From: Nemertoderma westbladi
Lineage: Eukaryota > Animalia > Xenacoelomorpha
DNA length: 56,220 bases
Reading direction: 5' to 3'
NCBI GenBank assembly: GCA_032718475.1
Contig: JAUCBJ010003545.1
Location: 1 to 56,220 of the forward strand
Shown: positions 34,849-47,634 of the stretch, piece after piece
Position numbering within the stretch: the stretch's first letter is position 1
Layout: each line of letters opens with the position of its first letter
Notes under the pieces: generated by a model
The model's database searches: none
Told to the model about the DNA's origin: nothing
Seen by the model: only the letters and a program-made list of their open reading frames with translations
Made by a program: the position numbers and the translations under genes

Positions 34849-37800
34849 TAGTCAACTGCTCTAAAAAAAAAAAGGCAAAAATTGGGCTAAAAAAAAAAGG
34901 AGGCTGAAATCAACTTCATAAGTACAAATTTTATTTTTTTTTAATTGCATATTAGAATTAAGCATTAAGGCCAAAATTCATGAAAAAATCGGATGCTGGG
35001 GTCCAAGCAATAAATTTTTATGATGATTAGAGTGAATTGCACTAAAAATCCTATGAAATTCTAAGCAATCGCAAGTTTGTGCTAAGGGCCTTATTTTTTT
35101 ATCTATTCCCTGTTTGGGTTATTGTATGTTCCAAATGAGCAGTAGACATGTTATGAATCGGTAATTAACATGATGTGTCAATTCCAAAATTTTCTGGCAA
35201 TTCCCCAGCCTTTTTTTTTTTAGAGCAGTTTTTTTTAGCTAAATTTCTATAAAAAAAAAGTTTCGTGTTTACTTTTTTTTCCAAAACTTTCAAATTTTAC
35301 AGTAGATATGGTACAGTTATAACCTTACAGTGGAAGGCCTATTTTTAGACAGAGACAGGCACTCAGTCAGTCATTCTGTACTGGTAGTTGGGTATGTGTT
35401 GCGCTGAGCATTCAGCTTTTCCACTTTCTAGGAACTGTTTGTCACAGGCCTACTGCATGAAGTGCAGACTGTATCATACTGTCTACATACGGACATAGGC
35501 TATAGGAGGCATGGTCACTATTCTAAAATAATGTACCCGGTATTTGGGTGCGTTATTCTAATATAACGTACCTGGTATTCGGGTACGTTTTAACCAGGGT
35601 TTTCACTTATTGCAATTTTTTACAGTACCGGTATATAAGCGATATTTACATAGATCGCCCTAGAATTGAGAATTAATTAGGCATTACTGGTTGGTTGTAT
35701 TGAGTTGGAACATGCCATCAGGAGGAAGAGTAGGTAAAGCGAAAGCACAAAAGGTGCGAAAGAGCAATGCTGAAAAACGCCATGGGATAAGTTTAGATGC
35801 TGCAATCAAGGCTAGACAGGAAGGAATGTCTTTTCCACAAATACAGACTAAATTCGGAATTTCGTCAACAACTATTACCAAACATCTTAAACTTAGAGAA
35901 GGTGTAGCTGAATGGCAGGGTTCAGGTCGGAAGCCATACTTGACAAAAGTGGACCCTACTTTGGAAAGTACCTTAGCGAGTCTACTTGAGTTAATGGAAC
36001 GTTCCGGCTTTGGATTACTTCGTGAAGAGATACCAAAGATAATAAGGGAATATCTCAATAAGAATGATATATCTGTAAACTTCTTTAAAGGTAACATGCC
36101 TGGTGATGCATGGGTTACTAACTTTATGGGTCGACATGACCTATCACTAAAGAAACCAGTCCCAATGCAGAAGGGAAGGAAAGAAGCAACAATGGATCCA
36201 TTTAAGGTAGAGAAGTTTTACGATCTCTTAACTGAGACTATTGACAAATTGGATCTAAGAGACAAACCAAGCCATATTCTCAACCTGGATGAGTCTGCAC
36301 TATGTGAAGATCCATCGAAACGTAAACTTGTAGGACGTAAAGGAAAGAAGGCATTCAGGGTGACACCTGGTGGTGGGAGACAGAACTATACAGTTCTGGC
36401 CTTTGCAAAGGCAGATGGCACCGCTATGGACCCACATGTGGTATTTGAAGGAGTTCGATTCCAATACCAATGGTTGGGCCATACAAGATCTATATGCCCA
36501 AATCTTAGCTATGATGTGACTAAGTCTGGGTGGATGAATTTACAAAGCTGGCATAAAGTAATTAAGGACAGGATAGTTGAGGGAATTAAGGAGCGGCCAT
36601 TATTATTGGTAGTGGATGGTGCCAAATGCCATTTGGGATTAGAAACTCTAGAGTTGTGTCGGGATAACAATATATCTGTTCTCAAGTTTCCATCACATGT
36701 AACTGATGTCTTGCAACCTCTTGATGTCTCTATGTTTCGTCCATTTAAAGCTAAGTATGAGACAATGTTGCAAACGAGGAATGCTGCAACTGGAGCCGGT
36801 TCTGTACCCAAGGCTGAGTTTCTTGAGATATTATCAACAGCTTGGAAGGAGTCAGTAACAAAGGAGATAGTCATCAAGGGGTTTCAAACAACAGGAATCT
36901 ATCCACCTGACAGTACTAAATATGATAAGAAGCGATTTACAGACCCTCAGAAGAATTCCAGGTTTGATCTTTGGGTTGCTGCCGTAAGCCTACTGATTCA
37001 AAGGGAGATCCAAAGCTTCCTGATGTCGAAGAGGAGGAGCAGGAGATTCATCATGAGGACCAGGCACCAGTGGTCCTTGAACAGCAAGCGGGGAGACTGG
37101 GAGGAAAACCCTCTGAACCCATAGCTGAAGACTTACCTTTGGCTAATTTGACACTCAGCAGTGTAACAGACTCTGATGGGTCTGTGTCAAGTGACATAGT
37201 GACACCTAGATCATCTATATCATCTGCTTCACGTTTATCTACTTCATCACAACGATCTTTGGATAACTTAATCATACCACCATGTCCTGTAGAGAGTTGT
37301 CCACCTGGTTATGGTTGGCAGAAACAGGTTGTTTGGGTACAGGTGCCAGTTGCGGGTCAATTGGAAGTGATCATTGCCAACCGGGGAAAGGAACACCGTA
37401 AACCGCGGAAGAAGACCACTGAACTTGGAAGTGGAATTGTTCCTGGTGCCCAGGTGCTAACCCATGATGTTGTTCTTAATGCCATTAGGGCGAAGGAAGA
37501 AGAGAATAAGCGTAAACAGGAAGAGAAGGAGAAACGTCGTCAAGTTCGTCTTGCAAAGAAGAAGGATAAAGAGAACCAGCCACAAAAAAAAGGAAACCGC
37601 AAACAAAAGACCAAGGAAACACCAGATACATCAGAGGAGGAAGAGTTATCTGAGAGCCCAGACGAATCGGGAGATGAATATAGTGGTGATGAGGATGGGT
37701 ATTCGAGAAGTGACGCTGATCCCACCCCAGTCGCATCACCAATGAAGAAGAAATCTCGCCAATCTGTTAGAAGCAAACCGAGTCAGCAATCTAGATCATT

Positions 37801-38609
37801 GTTGTTTGAATTGAATGCTGTTCCGAGAGAGGACCCTGATAGTATTCAGCAGATATTTGCTGTCTTCTTTGCAGATAATTATTATTGGGGACGGCTCATT
37901 TCTCGTGATAAAGGTGTTGATGATAAACCTGGTGGCTGGGTATTTGATTATCTTACTCGAAACACGCGTCTAAACCTTCGAACCACAGACACTCTGTGGT
38001 CATGGCCTGCTGACATTAACCCTAATGGTCGGCGAGATATCAGCAGCATTGATTACGATGATTACCGACGTATATTCTTTGGTCCTGCTTCACCCAGGCT
38101 GGCTCAAGGAACGCGAGTACTTGCATTCATCTTTGATGAAGACGAATTGGCACTAATCCGATATAATAAACTCAAGGAAAATATGGACATTATATTATAG
38201 ACAATAGTACGAAAACAATAGTACTTTAGTTAAATAAAGTTAGCTAAATGATATATTTACATTACATTTATGCATTGATACAACTATGGTATGACCATCC
38301 TAATGACTGAATGAACATATATGACATTAAATATGCATATATAGTGTTTAATTACAAATATGAATAACAAGTTAGACCTTTTTTTTTTTAAGCGTCAACT
38401 TTTTTTTTTTAGAATTTTCACTCTATAAAAAAAAAGGCAAATTTTTGTCATTTTCTCAGCCATGCCAAAAGGAAAATTGAAATCATTTAGGTGCAAGATA
38501 TCATGTGGCCCCTTACACCTTTTAAGCATAAAGAAGAAGAAAACTGTTTGTGCAGGTTGGCTACATTGCCTTATAATGAAAACCTTTTTTTTTTTAGAGC
38601 AGTTGACTA
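34849..38609 (+). mobile_element. pogo/Fot1-like (Tc1/mariner superfamily) DNA transposon, 3761 bp, in calpain intron 2
   Basis: TIRs TAGTCAACTGCTCTAAAAAAAAAAAGG at both ends; TA TSD at 34847-48 and 38610-11; subterminal repeat copies at about 35208, 38376 and 38421. Confidence 0.92.
35712..38200 (+). CDS. DDE_1 (pogo/Fot1-type) transposase with a long C-terminal extension; single frameshift near 36984
   Basis: HTH-like N-terminus; ILNLDES, LVVDGAKCH, LQPLDVSMF (DD35D); the frame shifts between WVAA and KPTDSKG; ends TAG at 38200. Confidence 0.85.
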
Positions 38610-38905
38610 TACACAGTAATAATAACCTTTTAGCGGCCCTGCGGGTACCAAATGGACTGTTATCAACCACAATAGTAATTTATAGTTAATGGTCAATTTA
38701 AATTACATCAAATTTATTATCAGTCAAAACATATGTTCAACATTGAGTTATGGAACTTTATATACCGTCGGTACTGTAGCGCGTATCGTACCGGTGTAAC
38801 ACTGGTACAACACGAGCTACAAAGCTGTAATACAATACGAATACACCCATTACTTTAGTATAAACTTAGTTTGAATAGTTTATTCTTCCCAAATGTTTCC
38901 CACAG

Positions 38906-39031
38906 GTTTGGCGAATGGGTTGACGTAGTTGTAGACGACCTATTGCCAACCTCTAACGGCCGACTGCTGTATATGCACTCCGTATCTGGGTCGGAATTCT
39001 GGTCTGCCCTCCTCGAGAAAGCCTACGCCAA
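38906..39031 (+). CDS. CAPN: Calpain exon 3 ([14 protein letters not shown]...[13 protein letters not shown])
   Basis: cacag|G...AA|gttagt; phases 2/2 consistent with neighbours. Confidence 0.95.
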
Positions 39032-39425
39032 GTTAGTTAAAACGAGAAATTTGTACTTTTTGGTTTTACAATCATATTTAAAAAATACGATGAAACACAC
39101 TGAACACTTTTATTAAGTGTTAAATTCTGTTCGGATATATTAAACTACAGACGGGAGTTATGGACAGATAAAAAGCTTCATCTAATAAAGTTGCCTCTAT
39201 TATGTATTGCAACTTATACCTACTGATGTTTAAATGCGCTGTTTAGTTATCAGACACCAGACAAGTGATTTCACTATTCATTCTGTCTGCCTGCGACCAT
39301 CTCTATTGCATTGTACAACTCCTAGACAATTCCAAGAGTTATATTGAGTGGATAAAGTTCGTTTCGGAGCTTCTCGCCCAATAAACCTATTATAATCTCT
39401 ATACTGCGATGCATCTTATGTCGCT

Positions 39426-41129
39426 CTTTTCGCCGATCGCCTCAATGGTTGGAAAGCCCACTTTGAAAAGCTCCTCAATAATGACAGGGTATTGCCTGAT
39501 AACTTTATAGAAGTAAAGGTGTCTGAGTCTGTACTCCCAGATATTCCCATTGGCGATATCTCCTTTGCAGAAGTGAAGGCTGCTGCAAAGAGCATTAAGA
39601 CCAATCGTGCCAGTGGAGTAGATGGTGTTCCCCCTGAGGTCTTTAAAATACCTGAGTGTTTAAAGCTCATCTATCCCATCATAGTAGACATGTACCGTAC
39701 AACAAGAGTCCCACAAGAAATGAAAACAAATAAGTTGGTGCCAGTTCCCAAGAAGGGCAACCTAACACTCTATGGTTCTTTTCGGGGAATCTCATTGATC
39801 TCGATTGCTGCAAAGCTATACAATAGAATTCTAGTAAATCGCATCAGGGATCCCATTGAGAGACTGCTCCGTGGAAATTAGAATGGGTTCCGTAAAGGTC
39901 GTGGAACCATGGAGCCCATTTTGGCACTTAGAAGGATAATTGAAGAATTATCAAAAAAGAAAGACAGGCATCTGGCTGTTATCTTTGTTGACTTCTTCAA
40001 GGCCTTTGATTCAGTCTCTCGCTCACGTATGTTCAGCATACTTTCATTATATGGGATTCCTGATGAAATTATTGCAGCAATCAGATCAGTATACCATGGT
40101 TCGACAACATTTGTGTCTACTGTTGACGGTGACACAGAACCATTCGAAGTGTTATGGGGCGTCCTCCAAGGAGACATACTTGCACCATTCTTGTTCATAA
40201 TTGTGGTTGACTATGTTCTACGCATGTCCTTAGATCATCATAATGATGATGGGGTGATGATAACTCCACCTACTGGCTCCAGAAGTCGAGGAAATCCTGC
40301 CAAGTACCTAACTGATCTAGACTTTGCTGACGACTTAGGAGTACTCTCAGAATCACTAGAGGGAGCCCGACGACTCCTCATTAGAACATGCTGCTTCTAG
40401 TGTTGGTCTTTTTATTAACTCCAGAAAGACCAAAATTTTTACAGTTAACTTTGAAAGTCCTCAGCAAGTCTCTGATCGGATGAGCATAAGCTCAAAGCAT
40501 AAGCATAAAGCTCTTCTGTTACCTGGGATCATGGATCCGGAAGTCAGGTGAGACCTTCGAATACGTAAGGGAAAGGCATGGGTAGCCTTGAATAGGCTTT
40601 CCAGGATTTGGAAGTCACCGAGAATTAATCGGAAACTTAAGGTCCGATTATTTAGAGCAGCAGTAGTTCCAGTACTCCTCTACGGGAGTCCATGCTGGGC
40701 TCTAACTGCTGAGGACACCAAATCTCTGGATGGCACATTCACAAGAATGCTACGCCGGGTTCATTGTGTCAAGTACAATGCACACATCTCCAACCAGACA
40801 CTATATAACATTGGAGGTGTCTCATTGGTTCCCCCAAGCTTGACACTAGAACAAAATCGCCTCCGCTTTGCAGGACATTGCTTTCGCCGTGAGGACCAGC
40901 CAGTACATAATCTTGTACTTTGGCAGACTCATGGAGCGAATAAGCATGGTGGACAGCCCATGACTTTCTTGAGACGCATCTTAAAGGACACTGGCCTTAA
41001 AGATGCGGATGATCTAGCAAATGTCATGGGTGATAGGGAGTTGTGGCGGTGCAGTTTTGTTGACAAGCCGGCACAGCATTCTTAAAAATGCAGCTGCAAT
41101 GCAGCATTCCAATCCTAGTAGTAGTATAG
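39426..41129 (+). mobile_element. 5'-truncated RTE-clade LINE with decayed RT, (TAG)n tail and 33-bp TSD
   Basis: FRGISLIS, FVDFFKAFDSV, GVLQGDILAPFLF, LDFADD, RLRFAGHCFR; TSD at 39393-39425 and 41130-41162 (one mismatch); internal stops and frameshifts. Confidence 0.92.
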
Positions 41130-41397
41130 TAATCTCTTTACTGCGATGCATCTTATGTCGCTTTTTTCATTTTATCTTCTATGTTAATTTGAGGGTTTCA
41201 TTTATCAGGTTTTAACATTCCCAACATTCCACACTTAATGATATGTTTATGATGTGTTTGGTTATATCGCCTAAGAGCGTTAAAGCAGTATGGATAATAA
41301 TATATTTTATTTCGTTATCCGTACAAATATAAACCTTTTCTTTAAATGAATGGAACATTAGTTTGGTTGTTGTTTATTATACAAACTCCTCCCTCAG

Positions 41398-41704
41398 ACT
41401 TAGTGGATCTTACGAAGCCCTTATTGGTGGATCGATGATGGATGCGTTGGAGGACATGACAGGCGGTGTTACCGAGAGCATCCCCCTTAACGAGGACCCC
41501 AAATGCCACCCCGACCAGGTATTCGCGTTGCTGCAGAAAGCTTTCCGACGCCTCAGTCTTGTCGGCACCTACATTATCCCGAGTTCCCAGCAGACCGGCA
41601 TCAATGAGGAACATTTAGACAACGGCCTCATTGCCGGACACGCTTACTCAATCACTGGTATATCCATGTTTGTTCCTCAGAAGTCGGAGAGGGAAGTTAA
41701 ACTC
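41398..41704 (+). CDS. CAPN: Calpain exon 4, catalytic His (GLIAGHAYSITG)
   Basis: ctcag|A...CTC|gtgagt; GSYEALIGG, EDMTGG. Confidence 0.95.
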
Positions 41705-41882
41705 GTGAGTTTAAGTACCGTATCTGTTTTAGGAATGCGATGCGAACGTAGGGAAATAGGGGGGAATTTACACAGGAAAATATCCTGAAATTTTTAGTTT
41801 TTTCTCTTTTTTTTTATTTTTGCAATTTTTCGAAGAAAAATGCAGAAATGTAAATCAAACATAGTAGAGTAATTTACAATTA

Positions 41883-44800
41883 TGCTAGGTGTAGCAGTGT
41901 TATGTGTAGCATTGCTAGGTGTAGCAGTGCTATAGGTGTAACAGTGCTAGGTGTAGCAGTGTTATGTGTAGCAGTGCTAGGTTTAGCAATGCTAGGTGTA
42001 GCAGTGCTAGGTGTAGCAGTGCTAGGTGTAGCTGTGCTAGGTGTAGCAGTGCTAGGTGTAGCAGTGCTAGGTGTAGCAGTGTTGTGTAGCAGTGCTAGGT
42101 GTAGCAGTGTTAGGTGTATCATTGCTAGGTGTAGCAGTGCTAGGTGTAGCATTGCTAGGTGTAGCAGTGCTAGGTGTATCATTGCTAGGTGTAGCAGTGC
42201 TAGGTGTAACAGTGCTAGGTGTAGCAGTGTTATGTGTAGCAGTGCTAGGTGTAGCAGTGTTATGTGTAGCAGTGCTAGGTGTAGCAGTGCTAGGTCTAGA
42301 AGTGATAAGGTGTAGCAGTGTTAGGTGTAGCAGTGCTAGGTGTAGCAGTGCTAGGTGTAGCTGTGCTAGGTGTAGCAGTGCTAGGTGTAGCAGTGCTAGG
42401 TGTAGCATTGCTAGGTGTAGCAGTGCTAGGTGTAGCAGTGTTGTGTAGCAGTGCTAGGTGTAGCAGTGTTAGGGAGAGCAGTGCTAGTTTGTAGCAGTGC
42501 TAGGTGTAAGTGCTAGGTATAGCAGTGCTAGGTGTAGCATTGCTAGGTGTAGCAGTGCTAGGTGTATCATTGCTAGGTGAAGCAGTGCTAGGTGTAACAG
42601 TGCTAGGTGTAGCAGTGTTATGTGTAACAGTGCTAGGTGTAGCAGTGCTAGGTCTAGAAGTGATAAGGTGTAGCTGTGTTAGGTGTAGCAGTGCTAGGTG
42701 TAGCAGTGCTAGGTGTAGCTGTGCTAGGTGTAGCAGTGCTAGGTGTAGCAGTGTTGTGTAGCAGTGCTAGGTGTAGCAGTGCCAGTTTGTAGCAGTGCTA
42801 GGTGTAAAAGTGCTAGGTGTAGCAGTGCTAGGTGTAGCATTGCTAGGTGTAGCAGTGTTGTGTAGCAGTGCTATGTGTAGCATTGATAGGTGTAGCAGTG
42901 CTAGGTGTAGCAGTGCTATGTGTAGCATTGATAGGTGTAGCAGTGCTAGGTGTAGCAGTGTTAGGTGGAGCAGTGCTAGTTTGTAGCAGTGCTAGGTTTA
43001 AAAGTGCTAGGTGTAGCAGTGCTATATATGTGTAGCTGTGCTAAGGTGTAGCAGAGATAGGTGTAGCAGTGCTAGGTGTAGCTGTGCTAGGTGTAGCATT
43101 GCTAGGTGTAGCATTGCTAGGTGTAGCATTGCTAGGTGTAGCAGTGCTAGGTGTAGCAGTGCCAGGTGTAGCAGAGCTTGGTCTAGCATTGCTAGGTCGT
43201 GTAGCATTGCTAGGTGTAGCATTGCAAGGTGTAGCAGTACTAGGTCTAGCAGTGCTAGGTGTAGCATTGCCAGGTGTAGCAGAGCTAGGTGTAGCATTGC
43301 TAGGTGTAGCATTGCAAGGTGTAGCAGTACTAGGTCTAGCAGTGCTAGGTGTAGCATTGCCAGGTGTAGCAGAGCTAGTTGTAGCATTGATAGGTGTAGC
43401 ATTGCTAGGTGTAGCATTGCAAGGTGTAGCAGTACTAGGTCTAGCAGTGCTAGGTGTAGCATTGCCAGGTGTAGCAGAGCTAGGTGTAGCATTGTTAGGT
43501 GTAGCAGTGCTAGGTGTAGCAGTGCTATGTGTAGCATTGATAGGTGTAGCAGTGCTAGGTGTAGCAGTGTTATGTGTAGCAATGCTAGGTGTAGCATTGC
43601 TAGGTGTAGCATTGCTAGGTGTAGCATTGCTAGGTGTAGCAGAGCTAGGTGTAGCAGTGTTGTGTAGCAGTGCTAGGTGTAGCAGTGTTAGGTGGAGCAG
43701 TGCTAGTTTGTAGCAGTGCTAGGTGTAGCAGTGCTAGGTGTAGCATTGCCAGGTGTAGCAGAGCTAGGTGTAGCATTGATAGGCGTAGCATTGCTAGGTG
43801 TAACATTGCAAGTTGTAGCATTGCTAGGTGTAGCAGTGCCAGGTGTAGCAGAGCTTGGTCTAGCATTGCTAGGTCGTGTAGCATTGCTAGGTGTAGCATT
43901 GCAAGGTGTAGCAGTACTAGGTCTAGCAGTGCTAGGTGTAGCATTGTCAGGTGTAGCAGAGCTAGGTGTAGCATTGCTAGGTGTAGCATTGCTAGGTGTA
44001 GCATTGCAAGGTGTAGCAGTACTAGGTCTAGCAGTGCTAGGTGTAGCATTGCCAGGTGTAGCAGAGCTAGTTGTAGCATTGATAGGTGTAGCATTGCTAG
44101 GTGTAGCATTGCAAGGTGTAGCAGTACTAGGTCTAGCAGTGCTAGGTGTAGCATTGCCAGGTGTAGCAGAGCTATGTGTAGCATTGTTAGGTGTAGCAGT
44201 GCTAGGTGTAGCAGTGCTATGTGTAGCATTGATAGGTGTAGCAGTGCTAGGTGTAGCAGTGTTATGTGTAGCAATGCTAGGTGTAGCATTGCTAGGTGTA
44301 GCATTGCTAGGTGTAGCATTGCTAGGTGTAGCAGTGTTGTGTAGCAGTGCTAGGTGTAGCAGTGTTAGGTGGAGCAGTGCTAGTTTGTAGCAGTGCTAGG
44401 TGTAGCAGTGCTAGGTGTAGCATTGCCAGGTGTAGCAGAGCTAGGTGTAGCATTGATAGGCGTAGCATTGCTAGGTGTAACATTGCAAGTTGTAGCATTG
44501 CTAGGTGTAGCATTGCTAGGTGTAGCATTGCTAGGTGTAGCATTGCTAGGTGAGGCATTGCAAGGTGTAGCAGTACTAGGTGTAGCAGTGCCAGGTGTAG
44601 CAGAGCTAGGTGTAGCATTGATAGGCGTAGCATTGTTAGGTGTAACATTGCAAGGTGTAGCATTGCTCGGTGTAGCATTGCTAGGTGTAGCATTGCTAGG
44701 TGAGGCATTGCAAGGTGTAGCAGTACTAGGTGTAGCAGTGCTAGGTATAGCATTGCCAGGTGTAGCAGAGCTAGGTGTAGCTGTGCTGGGTGTAGCATTG

Positions 44801-44985
44801 CTAGATGTAGCAGTACTAGATGTAGTAGTGTTGTGTGTAGCAGATGTAGGTGTAGCAGAGCTAGGTGTTGCAGTGCTAGGTGTAGCATTACCAGGTGTAG
44901 CAGAGCTAGGTGTAGCAGTGCTAGGTGTAGCATTGCCAGGTGTAGCAGAGCTAGGTGTAGCTGTGCTAGGTGTAGCATTGCTAGC
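41883..44985 (+). repeat. 15-bp minisatellite TGCTAGGTGTAGCA(G/T), about 200 units, with higher-order duplications
   Basis: Continuous array; blocks of about 650-680 bp recur (e.g. near 43070, 43716 and 44393). Confidence 0.97.
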
Positions 44986-45117
44986 TTTTCTGGTTTTGTT
45001 TGTAATCTAATGATGGTACTTGTTAATTACAACCATAATATTTACCATTTGATTATAAAAATATTTACTGGTTACTGTGAGTGAGCATATGATTGTCATT
45101 AACATTATTTGTACCAG

Positions 45118-45251
45118 GTTCGTATCCGCAACCCCTGGGGCAACCAGGCTGAGTGGACAGGTGATTGGAGCGATAGATCACGTGAGTGGGATCACGTGAC
45201 GGAAGAGCAACGTAAGAGGTTGCTGAGGATCGACGACGATGGGGAATTCTG
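45118..45251 (+). CDS. CAPN: Calpain exon 5, catalytic Asn (VRIRNPWG...WSD...DDGEFW)
   Basis: ccag|GTT...TG|gtgagt; phases 0/2. Confidence 0.95.
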
Positions 45252-45848
45252 GTGAGTCACACAGACTCAATTAGTTAGCTGGTTAGTCAAATCGACTCAT
45301 TCTTTTAGCTGGTGAGTCAAATCTACTCATTCTTTTAGCTGGTGAGTCAAATCGACTCAATTAGTTAGCTGGTGAGTCAACTTGACTCAATTAGTTAGCT
45401 GGTGAGTCAAATCGACTCAATTAGCTGGCTGTTGCGTCAAATCGACTCAATTAGTTAGCTGGTGAGGCAACTTGACTCAATTATTTAGCTGGTAAGTCAA
45501 CTCGACTCAATTAGTTAGCTGGTGAGTCAACTCGATTCAATTAGTTAGGTGAGTTAACCCAACTCAATTAGCTTCAACTGGTGAGTCAACTCGAGTTAAT
45601 TAGTTAGCTGGCGAGTCAAACTCGACTCAATTAAGTTAGCTGGTGAGTCAAAATCGACTATTAGTTAGCTGGTGGGTGAGTCAAATCGACTCATTTAATT
45701 TGCTGTGAATTCTAATGGACCCAATTAGTTAGGTGAGTTAACTCAACTCAATTAGCTTCAACTGGTGAGTCAACTCGAGTTAATTAGTTAGGTGAGTTAA
45801 CTCATCTTAATTATTTAGCTGGTGAGTCGAATCGACCCAATTAGTTAA
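45249..45848 (+). repeat. 30-bp minisatellite beginning at the exon 5 donor (CTGGTGAGTCAAATCGACTCAATTAGTTAG), about 20 units
   Basis: CTGGT(G/T)AGTCA at 45249, 45279, 45309, 45339, 45369, 45399 and onward. Confidence 0.92.
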
Positions 45849-46159
45849 CCTTAAATGCCTAAAATATTAAATAATGCCTATTTGTTTTACCATATGTAAG
45901 AAATATATAGTTATTTATGTACTGTTTTGTTCTATATTCACAGAATTCAAAATTAAAATAAAACGTACTCCAGTGTGTGTGTCTGGATATTTAATGAGGC
46001 TGATTTACTGACGAATGAGTTTGTACTTGAGTTATTCTCAATCACGCCTTTATAATTATGCTTTTACTAATAATAATCACTTAACTCAACTCAATTACAA
46101 ATTGTGATAAAAAAACTAAAACACCCCTTTTATTGAGTATATAATATTGTCTATTTCAG

Positions 46160-46314
46160 GATGTCAGTAAATGATTTAGTGAGTAATTTCTCTGCAATGG
46201 AGTTGTGCAATCTCTCGCCAGACACACTGGACGATAAGAAGAAACCGTGGTCTCTCAGTTCTATAGACGGGAGTTGGAGGAAATCCTTTAGTGCTGGGGG
46301 GCGACGGAAGTTTG
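46160..46314 (+). CDS. CAPN: Calpain exon 6 (end of CysPc, start of domain III/CBSW; GSWRKSFSAGG)
   Basis: tttcag|G...TTTG|gtgagg; ELCNLSPD motif. Confidence 0.93.
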
Positions 46315-46391
46315 GTGAGGTTTCATTGTAGTTCAGTACAGACATCCGTACATTGATACACAATAAATATATTAAATTGTTCCTTTTTGTG

Positions 46392-46810
46392 GGTCAGAGT
46401 AAAACGCGGATCCGGATCAGGATCCGGATTCTATCATTTAACATTGTCCCTATGGAAGTCGACTGAATTTACATTTTTAGGGTGTAATCTGCGGATCCGT
46501 GCACTGCTAAATTTACCGAATCCGTAACCGAGTGTAAAATGCGGATTGGCCTTTTTTTCAGATCCGGAACGGAGTGTAAAGCGCGGATTCATGTTTTAGG
46601 CTAAATCCTGAACGGAGTGTAAAACGCGGATTCATATTTCTACTGAATCCGGGATTGGGTGTAAAATACGGATTCAGTTTTATTACAAAGTTTTATTGGA
46701 TCCGGAATGGAGTGTAAAACACGGATTTCGTTAATTACCAAGTTTTATTGGATCCGGAACGGAGTGTAAAATGCGGATTCAAGTTAATTACCATTTTATA
46801 TTGGATCCGG
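46392..46810 (+). repeat. Degenerate 42-52-bp repeats with GAGTGTAAAA..CGGATT and GGATCCG motifs (possible DNA-transposon subterminal region)
   Basis: Motif recurs at about 46530, 46572, 46615, 46658, 46710 and 46762. Confidence 0.7.
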
Positions 46811-46823
46811 GAAGGGGTGCAAA

Positions 46824-47530
46824 CTCTGTAACCTGCTCCTTTCCCTGATTTGGTAAAGTGATCGTTTATTGTTTTGGTTAGAAATGCCCGCCTCTTTAAC
46901 CTGCTCCTTTCCCTCAATTGGTAATGTTATCGTTTATTTTTTTGGTTAGAAAAGAAGACCATCTTTGTAACCTGCTCCTTTCCTTCATTTGATAAACTGA
47001 TTGTTTATTGTTTTGGTTAGAAAATCTCGCCTCTGTAACCCACCCCTTTCCCTCAATTAGTTAAATGATCGTTTATTGTTTTGGTTAGAAAATCCCGCCT
47101 TTGTAACCTGCTCCTTTCCTTCAATTAGTTAAGTGATCGTTTATTGTTTTGATTAGAAAATCCCGCTTCTGTAACCTGCTCCTTTCCCTGATTTTGGTAA
47201 AGTGATCGTTTATTGTTTTGGTTAGAAAAGCCCGCCTCTTTAACCTGCTCCTTTCCTCAATTGGTAATGTTATCGTTTATTGTTTTGGTTAGAAAAGACC
47301 ATCCATGTAACCTGCTCCTTTCCTTCATTTGGTAAAGTGATAGTTTATTGTTTTGGTTAGAAAATCCCGCCTCTGTAACGCTCCTTTCCCTGATTTGATA
47401 AAGTGACCGTCTATTGTTTTTTTTAGAAAGGCCAGCCTCTATAACCTGCTCCTTTTCCTTCATTTGGTAAAGTGACTGTTTATTGTTTTGGTTAGAAAAT
47501 CCGGCCTCTCTAACCTGCTCCTTTCCATCA
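46824..47530 (+). repeat. ~68-bp tandem repeat, about 10 units
   Basis: ACCTGCTCCTTTCC...GATCGTTTATTGTTTTGGTTAGAAAATCCCGC at 46831, 46899, 46970, 47038, 47106 and onward. Confidence 0.92.
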
Positions 47531-47634
47531 ATTGTAATTGTTTTTGGCTATAAAATGAGTGTTTGGCTACGTCATGTGGTATTCAATTATCGACAACAAC
47601 CACAAACTATTAAATTTAGAGTCATTAGAATTAT

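Noticed and set aside
33810-38852. Possible hAT-like MITE enclosing the pogo element (CGATAC/GTATCG motifs near 33835 and 38780)
   Set aside because: No convincing TIR pair or TSD could be defined.
41880-45084. LGVAV, CSSAR, LLHLA and TATPS repeat ORFs
   Set aside because: Translations of the 15-bp satellite inside a calpain intron bounded by canonical splice sites.
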